Below, in pieces: positions 13,367 to 25,800 of a stretch of 64,000 bases of DNA (position 1 is its first letter; the number at the start of each line of letters is the position of its first letter). The notes below the pieces were generated by a model that ran no database searches, was not told the origin of the DNA, and saw nothing but the letters and a program-made list of their open reading frames with translations. The stretch spans positions 10,168,001 to 10,232,000 of the forward strand of contig CM068754.1 in assembly GCA_035084275.1 (NCBI GenBank), given 5' to 3'. The DNA comes from Hydrolagus colliei. Taxonomy: Eukaryota. The translations under genes were made by a program, and so were the position numbers.

Positions 13367-16300
13367 GTTTGAAATGAATTAACATAATAATAAATAGATC
13401 AATTCGTAATGAAGTGAGTGTTATCTGAGAAAATGGGACAACTAATTGACACCAATAACATCCCATCAATAATCGGACGCTTAACCAATGAGTCTGTGGT
13501 TTAATCTGTTCAGTTTATATTTGATTACGGTATACACCTGGAAGGCCGAGATATGTGTTTCAAATAAGCCAGTGACTGGTGGAAAGAGATCTGTTCCGCT
13601 ATGAGATTGATGTGGTGCCCAGATCAAACAAATCCTGATGTCGCCGTCTGAACACATACAACGATTAATTGGAATTTTAACCGACGGGAGGATTCACATT
13701 AACACATCAGTCTGCCCAGACACACATCATTTCAAGTGTCGCTCGTGGTTTCAGATTCAAACCAAGCGGCCACATTTAGTGGGTCGTTTTACTGAAGAAT
13801 GTTCTTCAAAGCAAAGCATCGGCAGCAATTAAGTTACACACGCTGGTGTCAAAGGGTTAATTGTGGCAAATAGACAAATCAATCAATCAATCAATGAATC
13901 AATGAATCAATCCTATTGTTTTCTTTCGGTGAGTTCGACTTGTATTGTTGCTAAGATCACGTTTTTGTTAATAAAAAAAACAGAACGAATGCCTACATGT
14001 CCCTTATCATCCATGTCGTTGTTGGTGAGTTTCACTCGGTCGAAACTGACGACCTGTTTCATCCAGGTTTCCCCTGAAGCAGGAGAGTCCGGGTGTACAT
14101 AGAGCCGAGGGCTGAGAGACGCTTGTTCAGTGTTACCAGCCACCATCCACTGAGAGCTGTGATACACGTACCTGCCAACGCCAAACAACAAGTCAGTGAG
14201 TCAACAAGCTTCTTAATTCACTGGGAATTCAAACGGTTAGGAGGGTGGAGATGAGAGAGAGAGCTATATAAAGCCCAAATCTTGAGAGGGTGTGTGTGTG
14301 TGTGAGGCTGGGATGTCACGTTTAGTTTTTTTTTCAGTCGCTCAATCTGCTTTGTTTTGCCTTGAGGTATTCGCGACGACTTTATTTACATTGTTTGCAG
14401 CATTTCCGAGCTCTGTCACCTCGGCGGCAATTGGTTTATTTATAATAATACATTTTCTTTTTGTTTAATTAGAAAAAAACAATGAATGGCTGCAAAGGTA
14501 GCGCTTTGTAGTGTCACAGTTCAAACTGTTGAACCCCTTTTTTAAAATTAATTTCATTCCAATAACTTGAGGGAAATGTATCCCCCCCACCCCCCACACC
14601 ACACACACACACACACAACTACTGAAGGATCTCATACACTTGTTCCCATACATATTGGGACATTTCTGTATCTTAGCTATCAGATGTTTTATATTAATAT
14701 AACATACTGCATTACTCTGCGAGTTCGTATCTAAGAAAATAAGTCGATGGAACCCCAAACTGAGAGAGCTACCAACGGTGGGATTTGGACTAGCCTGGTT
14801 TCACTCTTTTCCAGTAGTTCCCCCACAAATACACAGTCAATTCACTTGACACAGTACATTCTCTGACGCGCTTTGAGGCGACTAGAAGGCGTGAAAAGCG
14901 CTATACCAAATGCAAGGGTGATTGTTATTAATATGATCAGCGTGGGGGTATGTACCTGTATCTCTTGGAATCCACTGGGACAATGTCCATGGCGATATAA
15001 TACTGCTTCGTGAGTTCCAGACCCTTAATTTTCACACGCACTGCAGGAAACATACGCCTGGTACAGAGATGAAGCATCCAGTTAATTTGCTTCTATGTCC
15101 ATCAATCGCCAGCCATACTAACACATGTGTATTGACGGCGAAATGTGTTCAGATCTCATGCATTTTTATTATAAAATGCAATTCCTAGCATCTAAACTGC
15201 TTGGCTATGGTCTAAACGGGTCGTCCGCGTAATCCATTTCTGCCTTTTCTTAAACGGAGAAACGTTTTTAATGGTATCTAACTTCAGTACTATACACTGT
15301 ACGGTATTTAAATACTCGTTTGATATGGGGTAGTTAATATTCCTACGCTCACGGTATTTAAACATATAGCAAACCATAGATTAAATTGACCGACAAGACA
15401 TTGATGGCAATTTATCAAATATAAACGATGAATTAAACTGGAATATTTATTATTATGATTATATTTATGTTGGGAAGGAGAGACGAGTCCCAGACAATGT
15501 AGTAGCCAGCAATGGAGGGCTGCCATGGAAATAGTTAACAAGTACAAGCTATTACATCAGTCAGGTTTGTAGAACAAGGAAACCAATCAATGTCCTTGTC
15601 TGGTGCAAACAAATTGCCCTGAATTGCTTTTATTCTTATTATTACCGTCACCACCATCATCCCAATGAGGTTTCTAAACCCGTACCGAAGTATCCAGGCG
15701 TCGGTCAATAATAAATCGAAACCCTTGTCAAAGCCATCAGTGGAAGGCACTGATTTAACGCTGATTGAATGCAGCACAAGTCTCTGCACGGGTTAACTGG
15801 AGAGTTGTTTTCAGGCGGGTTGATACATACAGGCTGACAGAATGCGTTGCTCACCTGCCAGCTTTGGTAATGATCATTTCAGTTCCAATCTCGTGGAATC
15901 GTTTCCAAAGTTCTGCTCCTTGTAGTTCCACCTGAACCGCCAGTGAAGCTGAGCCGATCCCTGGGCAGTGGGGTGGCGATGGGCAGCTCAGGGCTTTGGC
16001 TCTCTGGCCTCTCGCTTCCCCTGGATACATACAAAATGGGGAAGTATTTATTTCCACAAACAAACAAATAAAAATCCCCCCCAAAAATCCACGTATCGTC
16101 TACTTTTTTATTATTATGATTCTTATATAAATGTGCAAAAAAAAAGAATTGTGGCGTTTGTTTCTCACACACAGCCAGTTCCCTCAGCCCATCCTCTGCT
16201 GTTTATTTTGGCCACTTGTTCCTTCAATAGCAAATATTGGACAGAACGTTAAAAACTAAGGACTCAGTAAAGCACACACGTGCACTCTCCCCCTCTTTCC

Positions 16301-16916
16301 CTCTCTCTCTCTCACACACATCACTGGTTTCTGACAACAGCCATTCATTGTGGCACAGACTTTTTTCTCGAGGAAATGGATCAGCCAGCTTGGCTGAAAG
16401 AGCGAAGTAACTCTGTTTGGTCTTGAATATACAATAGAGCATAGACTTCCTGATGAGGCCAGGTACATTTCATTTACTCTGCTCTGCCTTTGCTATTTGC
16501 TGACTGAATTAATCACCATTTCGATGCCAAATTTAAACGGGACAAAGAGTGAATTGAATGCAGTTTTTAAAAAAAATCTTCATGTGGTTTTTCACTGAAT
16601 TATATCAGTTTGATTTTAAACAGGCCAAATCTGATTGACCTCATCGCTGAAATGCACATCAAGCAAACAGCAACTCGGCTCTAACTCTCTCTCTCTCTCA
16701 CTCCCGGCCAATGCTGTAAGTTACCGACATCAGGAAATATAGTAACTAACCAGATTCCTCCCCCCCTCCCGTGTCCTGGGCAGGATCAGGGGGTGTAAGG
16801 CTTCCCATCGGATGATCCCTCGAAGTTTCATCTTCGTTGTCTTCAAACTTCCTCTTGAGGGATTTCCCGACCAGAGATTCCACTGAGAAAGCGTGAGCTC
16901 GAGAACTCAAAGCCAT
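10841..16916 (-). CDS. TBX22: T-box transcription factor TBX22, 8 coding exons, 520 aa (whole-gene span)
   Basis: Exons 16916-16751, 16020-15855, 15057-14956, 14171-13997, 13268-13104, 12636-12572, 12233-12145 and 11475-10841 join at GT-AG sites in consistent phase to 1563 nt. N-terminus [17 protein letters not shown] (TBX15/18/22 type, EH1 motif); T-box from [32 protein letters not shown] to [39 protein letters not shown] and YPWR..TLDF are TBX22-like; ITM2A synteny agrees. Confidence 0.95.
11564..11726. repeat. Perfect 163-bp inverted repeat (81-bp arms, 1-nt spacer) in the last TBX22 intron
   Basis: agggctgaaacaag...aatgagtcaa C ttgactcatt...cttgtttcagccct; the arm is homologous to 53703-53779. 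Confidence 0.95.
11875..12060 (-). mobile_element. L2 LINE 3' end
   Basis: (CAA)n-aaattacac...acgtcaggagggcgtcccaaggcgctg, reverse complement of the L2 tail. Confidence 0.75.
12145..12233 (-). CDS. TBX22: TBX22 coding exon 7
   Basis: 89 nt, [29 protein letters not shown], acceptor cacag|, donor G|GTACGT, phases fit both neighbours. Confidence 0.88.
12572..12636 (-). CDS. TBX22: TBX22 coding exon 6 (end of T-box)
   Basis: 65 nt, [22 protein letters not shown]. Confidence 0.95.
13104..13268 (-). CDS. TBX22: TBX22 coding exon 5
   Basis: 165 nt, [15 protein letters not shown]...[16 protein letters not shown]. Confidence 0.95.
13997..14171 (-). CDS. TBX22: TBX22 coding exon 4
   Basis: 175 nt, [14 protein letters not shown]...[16 protein letters not shown] boundaries. 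Confidence 0.95.
14790..14930 (+). mobile_element. SINE 3' fragment in a TBX22 intron
   Basis: cacaaatacacagtcaattcacttgacacagtac...gcgctttgaggcg...gtgaaaagcgctata. Confidence 0.75.
14956..15057 (-). CDS. TBX22: TBX22 coding exon 3
   Basis: 102 nt, [34 protein letters not shown], flanked by cag| and |GTACAT. Confidence 0.95.
15855..16020 (-). CDS. TBX22: TBX22 coding exon 2 (start of T-box)
   Basis: Acceptor atccag|, ...[28 protein letters not shown], donor AG|GTGAGC. Confidence 0.92.
16751..16916 (-). CDS. TBX22: TBX22 coding exon 1
   Basis: ATG at 16916, [23 protein letters not shown]...EES, donor G|GTTAGT. Confidence 0.9.
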
Positions 16917-17982
16917 CGTTACGTGAACATGAAACCTTGGCAAAGTGAGACCAAGTTAAAGCAAAATACAACAGGACAGCGGACCGCACGACAAGGTACC
17001 CTGTGCGGGACAGGGCTGGTGTCTGGTTCCGTGTTCTGCCGCCAGTCCCATTCCAGTCACCAGCAACACTTCTCTAGAGTTGGCTCCTGGGTCGGCGTGT
17101 CTGTAAATACAATCCAGTCAAAGCCAGGTCTCATTTTCTTAATGTTTCTTCTTCTTCTTTTTCTTCTGCTGTGTCCAAGCGTTGGGTGAGTGAGTGAGTG
17201 AGTGGAGACGCAGGGCTGTTTTTGGTAAGTTAAACCACCAGTCAGTCAGACAGTCAGTAAACCAGCGAAGGAAACTGCGAATGAAGGAGATGTGGACACC
17301 AATGGCTAGTTAGTTAGTTAGTTAGTTGTCCCGGGGACGGTTTTCTCCGCTGTGGTCAAAAGTGAAGGTACAGCTTCGCTGTGGATGTTTGCATTTGGGT
17401 TTTTGTGTGAAAACCCACGTATCCGAATGACAGAGCGAGGCAGAGACCAGATACAGATACGCCCACGTCTTGTTAACGTGACAAGGTTAGTCGCTCAAAC
17501 TTTGGCAAAGAAACGATCTTAAAGGGGAAATGATCTAATCGGGGACGAAAATTGCATTAACATGGTCCGTAAAGGGTATCGACACTTTTATTTTCAACTC
17601 AATCTAAAGCATTGCAATTGACGTAAAAAAAATCCTTGAACAAGCCGCCCCCTGTAGGCAAAATTGTTGTGCAAGCAACGCATTTGACTGGCGTGTGTGT
17701 ATTCTCATATCTATATACACGGCATACATCATGTACAGTATTTGTAGCTTTGAAATTTATTCCTTTTTAAAAATCAAACAAGAACTCAAGGAAGCCTAGC
17801 TCACTCTGGCGGATGATTTCCTACAATACATATACAGTATATATATATATTAGCCTCGATGGGTCTTCTGTCCTTGGTCGGGAATGTAAATAGAATATTT
17901 TACAATAGTTTTGCTGGTCTTGAAATTTATGCGTTTGTCTTGAAATTGTCACCTGTGGATCTAATCCGCTCCCAACTCCATC

Positions 17983-18160
17983 NNNNNNNNNNNNNNNNNN
18001 NNNNNNNNNNNNNNNNNNNNNNNNNNNNNNNNNNNNNNNNNNNNNNNNNNNNNNNNNNNNNNNNNNNNNNNNNNNNNNNNNNNNNNNNNNNNNNNNNNNN
18101 NNNNNNNNNNNNNNNNNNNNNNNNNNNNNNNNNNNNNNNNNNNNNNNNNNNNNNNNNNNN
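17983..18160. other. Assembly gap (178 N) about 1 kb upstream of the TBX22 ATG
   Basis: Run of n. Confidence 1.
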
Positions 18161-21100
18161 TCTACCGTTTGTTTGTGTGTGTTTTTTTGGGGGGGGTGGA
18201 GGGCAAATGGTGGTGCAGCCGACCCTGGGAGGTGGGGGTTGAAGCTGTGGCTGTAAGAGTTAGTTCAGTGCTGACAGCAGCACACGGTCAGGTCAGAGGG
18301 TTAGACCACAAGGCAGGACTCACAGCTCTCAGAGAGTAAGGTTCCACTCCACCCCGTCTCGCCGTCCAATGGAAATGTTGATGTATTGGAGGTGGTCCAA
18401 ACGTTGGACTCCTTTTGAGTTAGTCCAGGAACATTTACCTGGCTTTAAACTTAGGCAGGTGTGGCTCTTGCTGTGTTTTGTCCGCCCCCCTCCCCCTCAT
18501 TTGCTTAGATTGTTGTCCATTCACTGTATATCAAGGATATTTTCACAAACTTTGTCAAACAGAAAACTATCTCAGGATATGATGTGTCTCTCCATGTAAC
18601 CCCGAGGGAAGCTTTAATTCTGATGTAGTTGTCAGAGGTGCTTAAACATTCCTACTTCACGCCGTCAGTTCCCCCCAGGGTCCACAAACCTAAACTACTT
18701 TACTTTTCTCGGTCCAATTTCCCCCACAAAGATTTTAGTGGGACTCGACTCTGGTAGTAATTTGTATGTGATATCAGTTGTTGGAAATAAATCTAAAACA
18801 CGACCCGATCAAACTGTTAAACCCCATTTCACAGAAGCTCGGATAACTGATAGTGACACCGGGAATAAATTATTTTATTCGCCTTGTGTATTCATGAACT
18901 TGCAACTCCTGTTCGGGGTTTCGATTTCCCGTCCTCGGCCAGTGGAAAGAAAATTTCAACTCAAATTATAATCACTCTCCGTTCGCAATGGACTCGTCGC
19001 TTTGCACATAGCTCCACACCCACCTACACGTTTATACAATTAAAACGCGAATTGGAAAAGGAAGCAAGCATTCTTTGCAGAGATTGAAGAAAAACAAATG
19101 CGCGCTGCTTTGGTTTGTAAAATGATGAGCATCGAATTTAGTATGGTCCCCGTTTGCGTCGGGTAGGCGTCTTAAAGCGCTTCACAGGATTCTCTGTAAA
19201 ATGTGGGAGTTGGTCAGTGAATGTGGCAGCCAGTTTCCACCCAACCAGTGAACCAACATCACAGCTCGAACAAGGCATTTCGATGTTTTGGGAGTGGGGG
19301 GGGGGGGGGGGGGGGGGGTTAGTGCGTTTAGTTACAAAAATAGTACTTTGAATAATTCGAATGACTCCCCTGTTAAATATATTCCTGGACATTTCTGTAG
19401 AAGTTATTGCCAGCCCCGTCTGCTCTTGTACGTGATTTGTTGCATGCTGAATATTTACAAAACATGGTATGGAATTTATTTGAGGACTTTTAGACCTGAT
19501 ATTCCTTGTTACCACTAATACTATTAAATCGAATAATAAGATGTAACGTTAGGTCGCACGGTACAGTTATATTAAATTGCCAATTACGTTTTGGAGCACA
19601 GATTTGCAGTTGAAAATATACCTGACCAGGGTTAGCAGAGGCAGTGCAAAATATACTCGTTCATTATTCAGCCGAGGAGACAACACGAACCACAATAATT
19701 GGTCCTGGGTTCGTACAATTTTCCAAACATTTAGCTTATTTGTTTTTAATGTTACATTTGAATTTCGTGTCCAGAAGGGGCAAACGGAAAGCAAAGGTAG
19801 AAATAACACAAGGTTTGGACGGAACAGAAACACCAGCTGACTGAGGCATAATTGGTTCCATATGTACAAATATTTTCTTTCATGGAAGCTGAATCCATGC
19901 GTACAAGCAGCCGCTTCTCAGAGGGTTGTATGTCTTAGAAAGAACTTTGCGATGCATTTCCTTAGCGGATTTCGATTGGGCCATTTTTAACAACTGTTTA
20001 TGGTTTTTTTTTTGCTTTATTGAAATTAATCTAATATTTCCAGTAATTTAATACAGCGTTATCTGATGTCGACTATATTTCTCATAGTCTTAACTATAAA
20101 CATTTTAATGGTAAATGAAACCAATAGATAACGCTTTGGTGGGAATATTTCTGAATATGTTAAGGTTATTCGGTCTCCCGACTGCAATGCAATGTATGAA
20201 AGCCCCGGGGGTAATTCTATAAATTACAATACTGATTATTATTGCCATTTGCAAATTATAATTGTACTTTATATTCATAGAACTCTTGCTTCGGTTTGGC
20301 GGTCCTGCAAAACGAAGTCAGTACAAAAATACGACATACCGTAAATAATTGAATAGTTCAATAAACCACCAAAGAAATGAAACTAAACGTTAAAAACAGA
20401 TCAGGGTAAGGCAGCCGAATTTCGAAAATATTCGAACAAATCTATTTTTTTAAAAAAGTACATAGATAAAAAGCCACAGTTTAGAATAAAGTTGACAACG
20501 AAATCATTCTTTTCATCTGAAAATATATCTCAGATACAGGAGTTCCATCAATTACCCATGTCCCGGCTCTGACCAGTAAGTAGCTTTCTTGATAACTCTC
20601 TTGTAATGTGATTAATTTAAAATTACGAAGATCATATTTCAAACAGATATTCAGCAGAAAATACCGTGCCACGGATTTTGTGGAATAAGCTTTCTCTCTT
20701 TTTTTTGGCCTGACGCTTTATTTTACCTTATACAGCAACCTATTGTTCAGCGTTTCTTTTTTTTTTGGTCGATTTAAATGCTACTTTTTGGTAATCATTA
20801 AAATAAATTACCCTTAAGAGCGGTAATTACCGAAAAAAAGTCTAATAGTTTCCAAAATAATATTATAAAACCCTATTCGGCCAGTTCCGTTCATTTGACC
20901 GTGTCGCTTGATGCAGATTGAAGGATGGCGGAGGGAATCTAAAGCAAAACCTCTCAATCAAACTTTACTCTCAGCAGACAGACCCCCCCCCCCCCCCCCC
21001 CCCCTCACCCCTCCCCACACACACACACACTTTTTAATGCATTTAAATGCAATCTCCGTCAGGAATGTACGAACATACCAGCGATCTGTCCTCAATTAAG

Positions 21101-22631
21101 AACGAGAAGCGAAGTATATTTTAAATAACATTCCCTTTGTGTTTTGAAACCATTAATATGAGCGTGCACTCTGTCGAAGGAAAACAAGTCCTAATGGGGA
21201 CAATGTCAGAGATAATTTCGGGTTGTAACATATCCTGCCTTTCACATACTGCGTCTCCCGAAGCTGGTGATTTGCGGAAAGTTCATTCATTAAAAGGCTT
21301 TCAAAAGCAAATTCTGATCCAGTATTTATGGCGTCACCTAGTCGATAGTCAAACTAGGTTATTAGCTTTCTTACTGATATTTATAGGTGGAACTTGTTTC
21401 CAATGCACGAAGACAGAGCCATCAAAGTGATAATAAAGAAGAGGGGGAAATGCATGATCCTTTAATTAGCAAAAATCTGATCTATTGACCTGAAAAATGA
21501 TATATAACATGTGTAGGCTCTGCGTTTGTACAAAATAACATGGCATAACACAATTTTGTTTGTATGCTATCAAGAGATTTGGGTCCATTGAATGAGTTAT
21601 ATTTATATAAATATTAAAAAAATATGATATACCTGGAGGATTCCTCGCCCCCAACCCCCTAAAATTGTTGCTTTGCAATTATTGCCAGCATCTGGGGTTG
21701 ATAAAGCTTCGATTGAATTGTTCGAATAACATTGTCTCTGTTTTAAATGCTAATAGTTAATTTACCCTTTTTTAAAAAAAAACGTTTTTTTTTAAAAAAG
21801 GAGTATTTACATTTTATTGCTGTACATTTAATGATCACCTTGTTCAGAATTTATCTGTACAGGCAGAGGTCACTGTTTGGTTAATGCTGAATTTATGTAA
21901 CTGACCTGAAATGACAAGCAGAATAGATCATGGGAAAAGGGATATCTGTAACCAGGAAAAACACTAGGTCTTTGATTGTGGATATCGGGGCACCAACATT
22001 GCAGGAATACTTTGAGAGGATTATGCTATAATGTTACATCTTAACGGACCATTTTACCCCCTATGCTTCCTTTAAACAGTTCCACAACAGAGAAAAAAAA
22101 AGTGCTGAAAGAGAGTGTATCTTTTGGGGAATGGAAAGGGGGGGAAAAATCTCTTGTTCGGTACAATGCAAGCTTGATATGTATTTTTTTTTACAGTCGC
22201 ATTATTGTAACTTTTTCGATTTTGTTGTGCTTGTGTTTCAGGCTTTTCTTTGACTGATTTCATTAGCAAATCTCACGCAAAGCAAATTAAACCCCAATGG
22301 AGCCAGAGGGAGAGAGAGAGAGAGAAAAAAGCCGTTGCGTTTTATTTTGCAGGAGGGTGAGTTTGGCAAGGAATAAAATAATACCTGCACTTCCTCACCG
22401 TCTGCTACTTTGTTTCCCCCCTTAGGCTTCAGCAGAGAAAACATTTCCTCTGTGAGCAAAGTAATTTCTGTTACTATGTTCGACCCATTTGATGTTAAGA
22501 AAGTTTCACCTGATCTTTTACAGTTATATGTTATCAGCAATTGTATTCTATTTGGTGAGCTGTAGGGTCGCCTTAACTCTCCAAAACCGCCCATTAATTT
22601 TCCGCAAATAGAAATGTACAGTAATGCGATT

Positions 22632-22807
22632 AAAATTGGTCATTTTTAATCCCACGACTGTTTGTGGGACACTGCGCAGTTGGCTGCCGCATTTCGCCCA
22701 CAAACATGAAGTCAGTTCACGTTACAGTATACTCTGTGAAGCGCTTTGAGGCGTCCAGAAGATGTGAAAAGCGCTATATCTAGTACAAGGATTATTATTA
22801 TTATTAT
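22632..22807 (+). mobile_element. SINE 3' half with (TAT)n tail
   Basis: Homologous to 1150-1331. Confidence 0.85.
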
Positions 22808-25800
22808 CGCTTAACATTAAATTGTAGTGGAGTTCCAGTTACTGTAGTAAAGCCTATACAAGCCTATACAGGTAACATTATAAAACTAACGCAAGTGATA
22901 GCTGACAGCAGAGAACAATTTGTTATATTCTATGAAGGATATAGAGGAGTAAGGATGAGGTGATTAGGAGGGATGAGTAATGTATTGAATGAATAACAGC
23001 ACATACTAGTTGGACCGAATGGCCTGTTTCTGTGCTACAATGTTCTCTATGTAATTCCATGAATTTATTGAACCTGAATTCGTTGACACATATGAGTGAG
23101 TGGATAATACAGGTTTAATGTTAATCTAAAATAACATATTATCCTTTTTTTTATACCTATGGGACACGAATGCAATATTTCATAACATTAGATTGTTTGG
23201 AATTGCACATTTGCAGTATTTATTGCCATGTTTATCTGTCACGTATCCAGTTAACGTAGGAATATATCGGAATTGAAGCCACAGAACAGGCGCAATTTAT
23301 TTATTGCTCAGCTTTGCGAATGACCATCACTTTATTGTACACTTATTTCGCAACTCCTTGGTTTTATAGTCAAGGTAACTGGCATCCCAAGCAAATTGTT
23401 CACCTCTGACAATTTTATGGGATTTTCAGTGCATTTTCAGTGCATTTTCGTGACGCCTTATTAATTTGATTCATAATTATTTGTTTGGATCTAGTTTCTC
23501 TTCGACTGCAATGCATCTCCCCCACTCTCAGTTTCCTACAGTCCTCTGGTTCTTCGTGTCTTTGTCCCCTGCCCTTCAATGAGATTGGTATAGTGAACCA
23601 CTGCGCCTATCTGAGACAACTTTCCAATGCCAGCGTCACAGGTCAGCTAATTCCGGTTGCTTTGAGGTGGAATAAGAACAGGCAATATGTGTCAGGTTTA
23701 CTGTGTGGATATCAGTCCTCGTTTCATAGACCAGCGTGTTATTGCATTCGTGTGAAAGCAGCGTGCAATAATTAACGTGCGCGGATTCCTTTCCATTCAC
23801 AGAACCAAATCAAACCCAATTCAGAAGCCGACATCAGCTGGGGGAGGGGGTATTTTATATTTACACAGAGATCAAGAGAAAACACCGGTAAATAGCACCA
23901 GTTGTGCTTCTGAATTATAGGTGAAATTGCAAAGTGCGAGCAAAAGTGACTCCTTGTTCAATTATCCCAAATGAACCAACACATTGAAACATGATTCCTG
24001 ACATAGCTTCAATGTCCCCAACAGCGAATTCAGGAATCTTATCTCTCTTGTGGTGAATGGCTTTATTTTATGGGGAGCCCTGAATCTCATATCTACATCC
24101 ACTGTAAAGTGAGTGTCAAAACCTCTCTCTAGTCTGCTCTGCGGCACCGAAGATGTAACTCTCGAGATCTGTCAACGTTAGAATATTTTTACGCTGAACT
24201 TGTTACACATACATGACAAAGTCACAGATGTGTGTGTTTGTGTGTGTGTGGGGGGGAGGGGGGGGCGGGGGAGAGATATACCAATACCTTAACTCTATAA
24301 ATAACAGCGAGTTTGGGGATTAGAGGGGTTTGGGGTGATCAATACCTGGTCCAATCGTCGACTAGAGCCAGGTAACCTCTTAAAGAGACCAGTTCTTAAG
24401 TAGTAAATTGAATGAATATAAATCTTTAGTGGGAACATCAAAGCCGTCAACTGGAATATAAAACCAAGGAGTTACCAAACGAGTGCAAATAAAACAGGGC
24501 ACATGATGGTGCGAGAAAGGCGAATTTAAGCAGTGAGTTCAGCAGTGAGATATAAGGGACGTGATGAATAAGATAGATATTCTTATTAATATACAGTAAG
24601 AATAATGCTCTCGGGGCACCAAAGCCGGCTGTAGACCTCTGGTTATGATAAACCACAACATAGTCTGGTATCTTTTATGTCAAAGATGTTTGAGAGGCTT
24701 TTGCTATCGTACAGATGCTTTTTTTTTTAGTTTGTCAATGGCTTTTATTTCAGTTGCTACTTCCTTTCAGAAAAAATCCACATTTTTAAATAATAGTTTG
24801 AATTAATGTTTGTGAGCAGTTCAGTTGTGTCAATGTTTCTCAACCTTTAAAACTGTTTAACTGTTCTGCACATTTTTTTTTATTACTGTAGTAGTTTTCT
24901 GTTTTTTTCCATCTGCCTTACCTTTAGTTTCTGTGTGTACATTTAGAAGCTCAGTTCAAACTGACTGAGGCACCCATATCTCGGTTAATGTCAGCTGTCA
25001 AATTAAGAAGGTACTAAACTCGCAGTTTCCCACATAACAAAGTCATCAGCTGACATCAGGCAAAATTTATGTTGGCGCAATTTTCTAGTTTGCTGACACT
25101 TGAATTAATTGTGAGCAATCCTGCCAGTTTATCACACCATCAATAGTACTTTGTTTTGCAAGTTTTTGTGCCACAATACATTTGGAGGTGACATTTTGAT
25201 GTCCATTTTACTTCTTTTAAGCTAACATTTTCTTTTCCCAATTCTGGTTGTTCTTCTATCCAGAAGGTGGCACAGAATTATTTAAATGATTGAGCAATAA
25301 AGCTTAATGGGGTTTTAATGGTGCAAGTCCCCAATGAGTTCACTTGCTTCACACTTAACTACATTATATCATGCTGTCATCCATACTATTGCCCTTCGGA
25401 AAAAATGCGTTGTGAGCTCTGTTCACCGAATGGAATATGGATTTATTTTTATTTGAGATCCTCCTTACCTTCAATTTGAAAACTTCTATTTCAAAACCGA
25501 TTTGACTTATGTTGCTCGGAATGGACTCCCTTTTCACAATCTCTTCCACTTGTTAGTTCGTTTACTTGCAGTTCAGAAGTAATGACTTCACTTTGGAGAA
25601 GCAAAGACTGTTCCAGTCTATCTCGTCAGTGACCGCCGGTAGTTATAATCATTCCATAATACATTAGGGAAAAATGGAATTCACTTAAGGAAAAAAAGGA
25701 TGGGAGGATTCAGTGTCCTGAAACGTATCTTAATGCACCCTTATGTATAATAGACAAGTGGATCAACAAGGGAAAAGTAATACTTTTCTGCTGAAAGGTT

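Noticed and set aside
10841-16916. Alternative identification as TBX15 or TBX18, given the HAO2-like neighbour
   Set aside because: The [13 protein letters not shown] start, [19 protein letters not shown] and YPWR motifs and the adjacent ITM2A favour TBX22.
17859-18242. 127-aa ORF
   Set aside because: Artefact of reading through the N gap.
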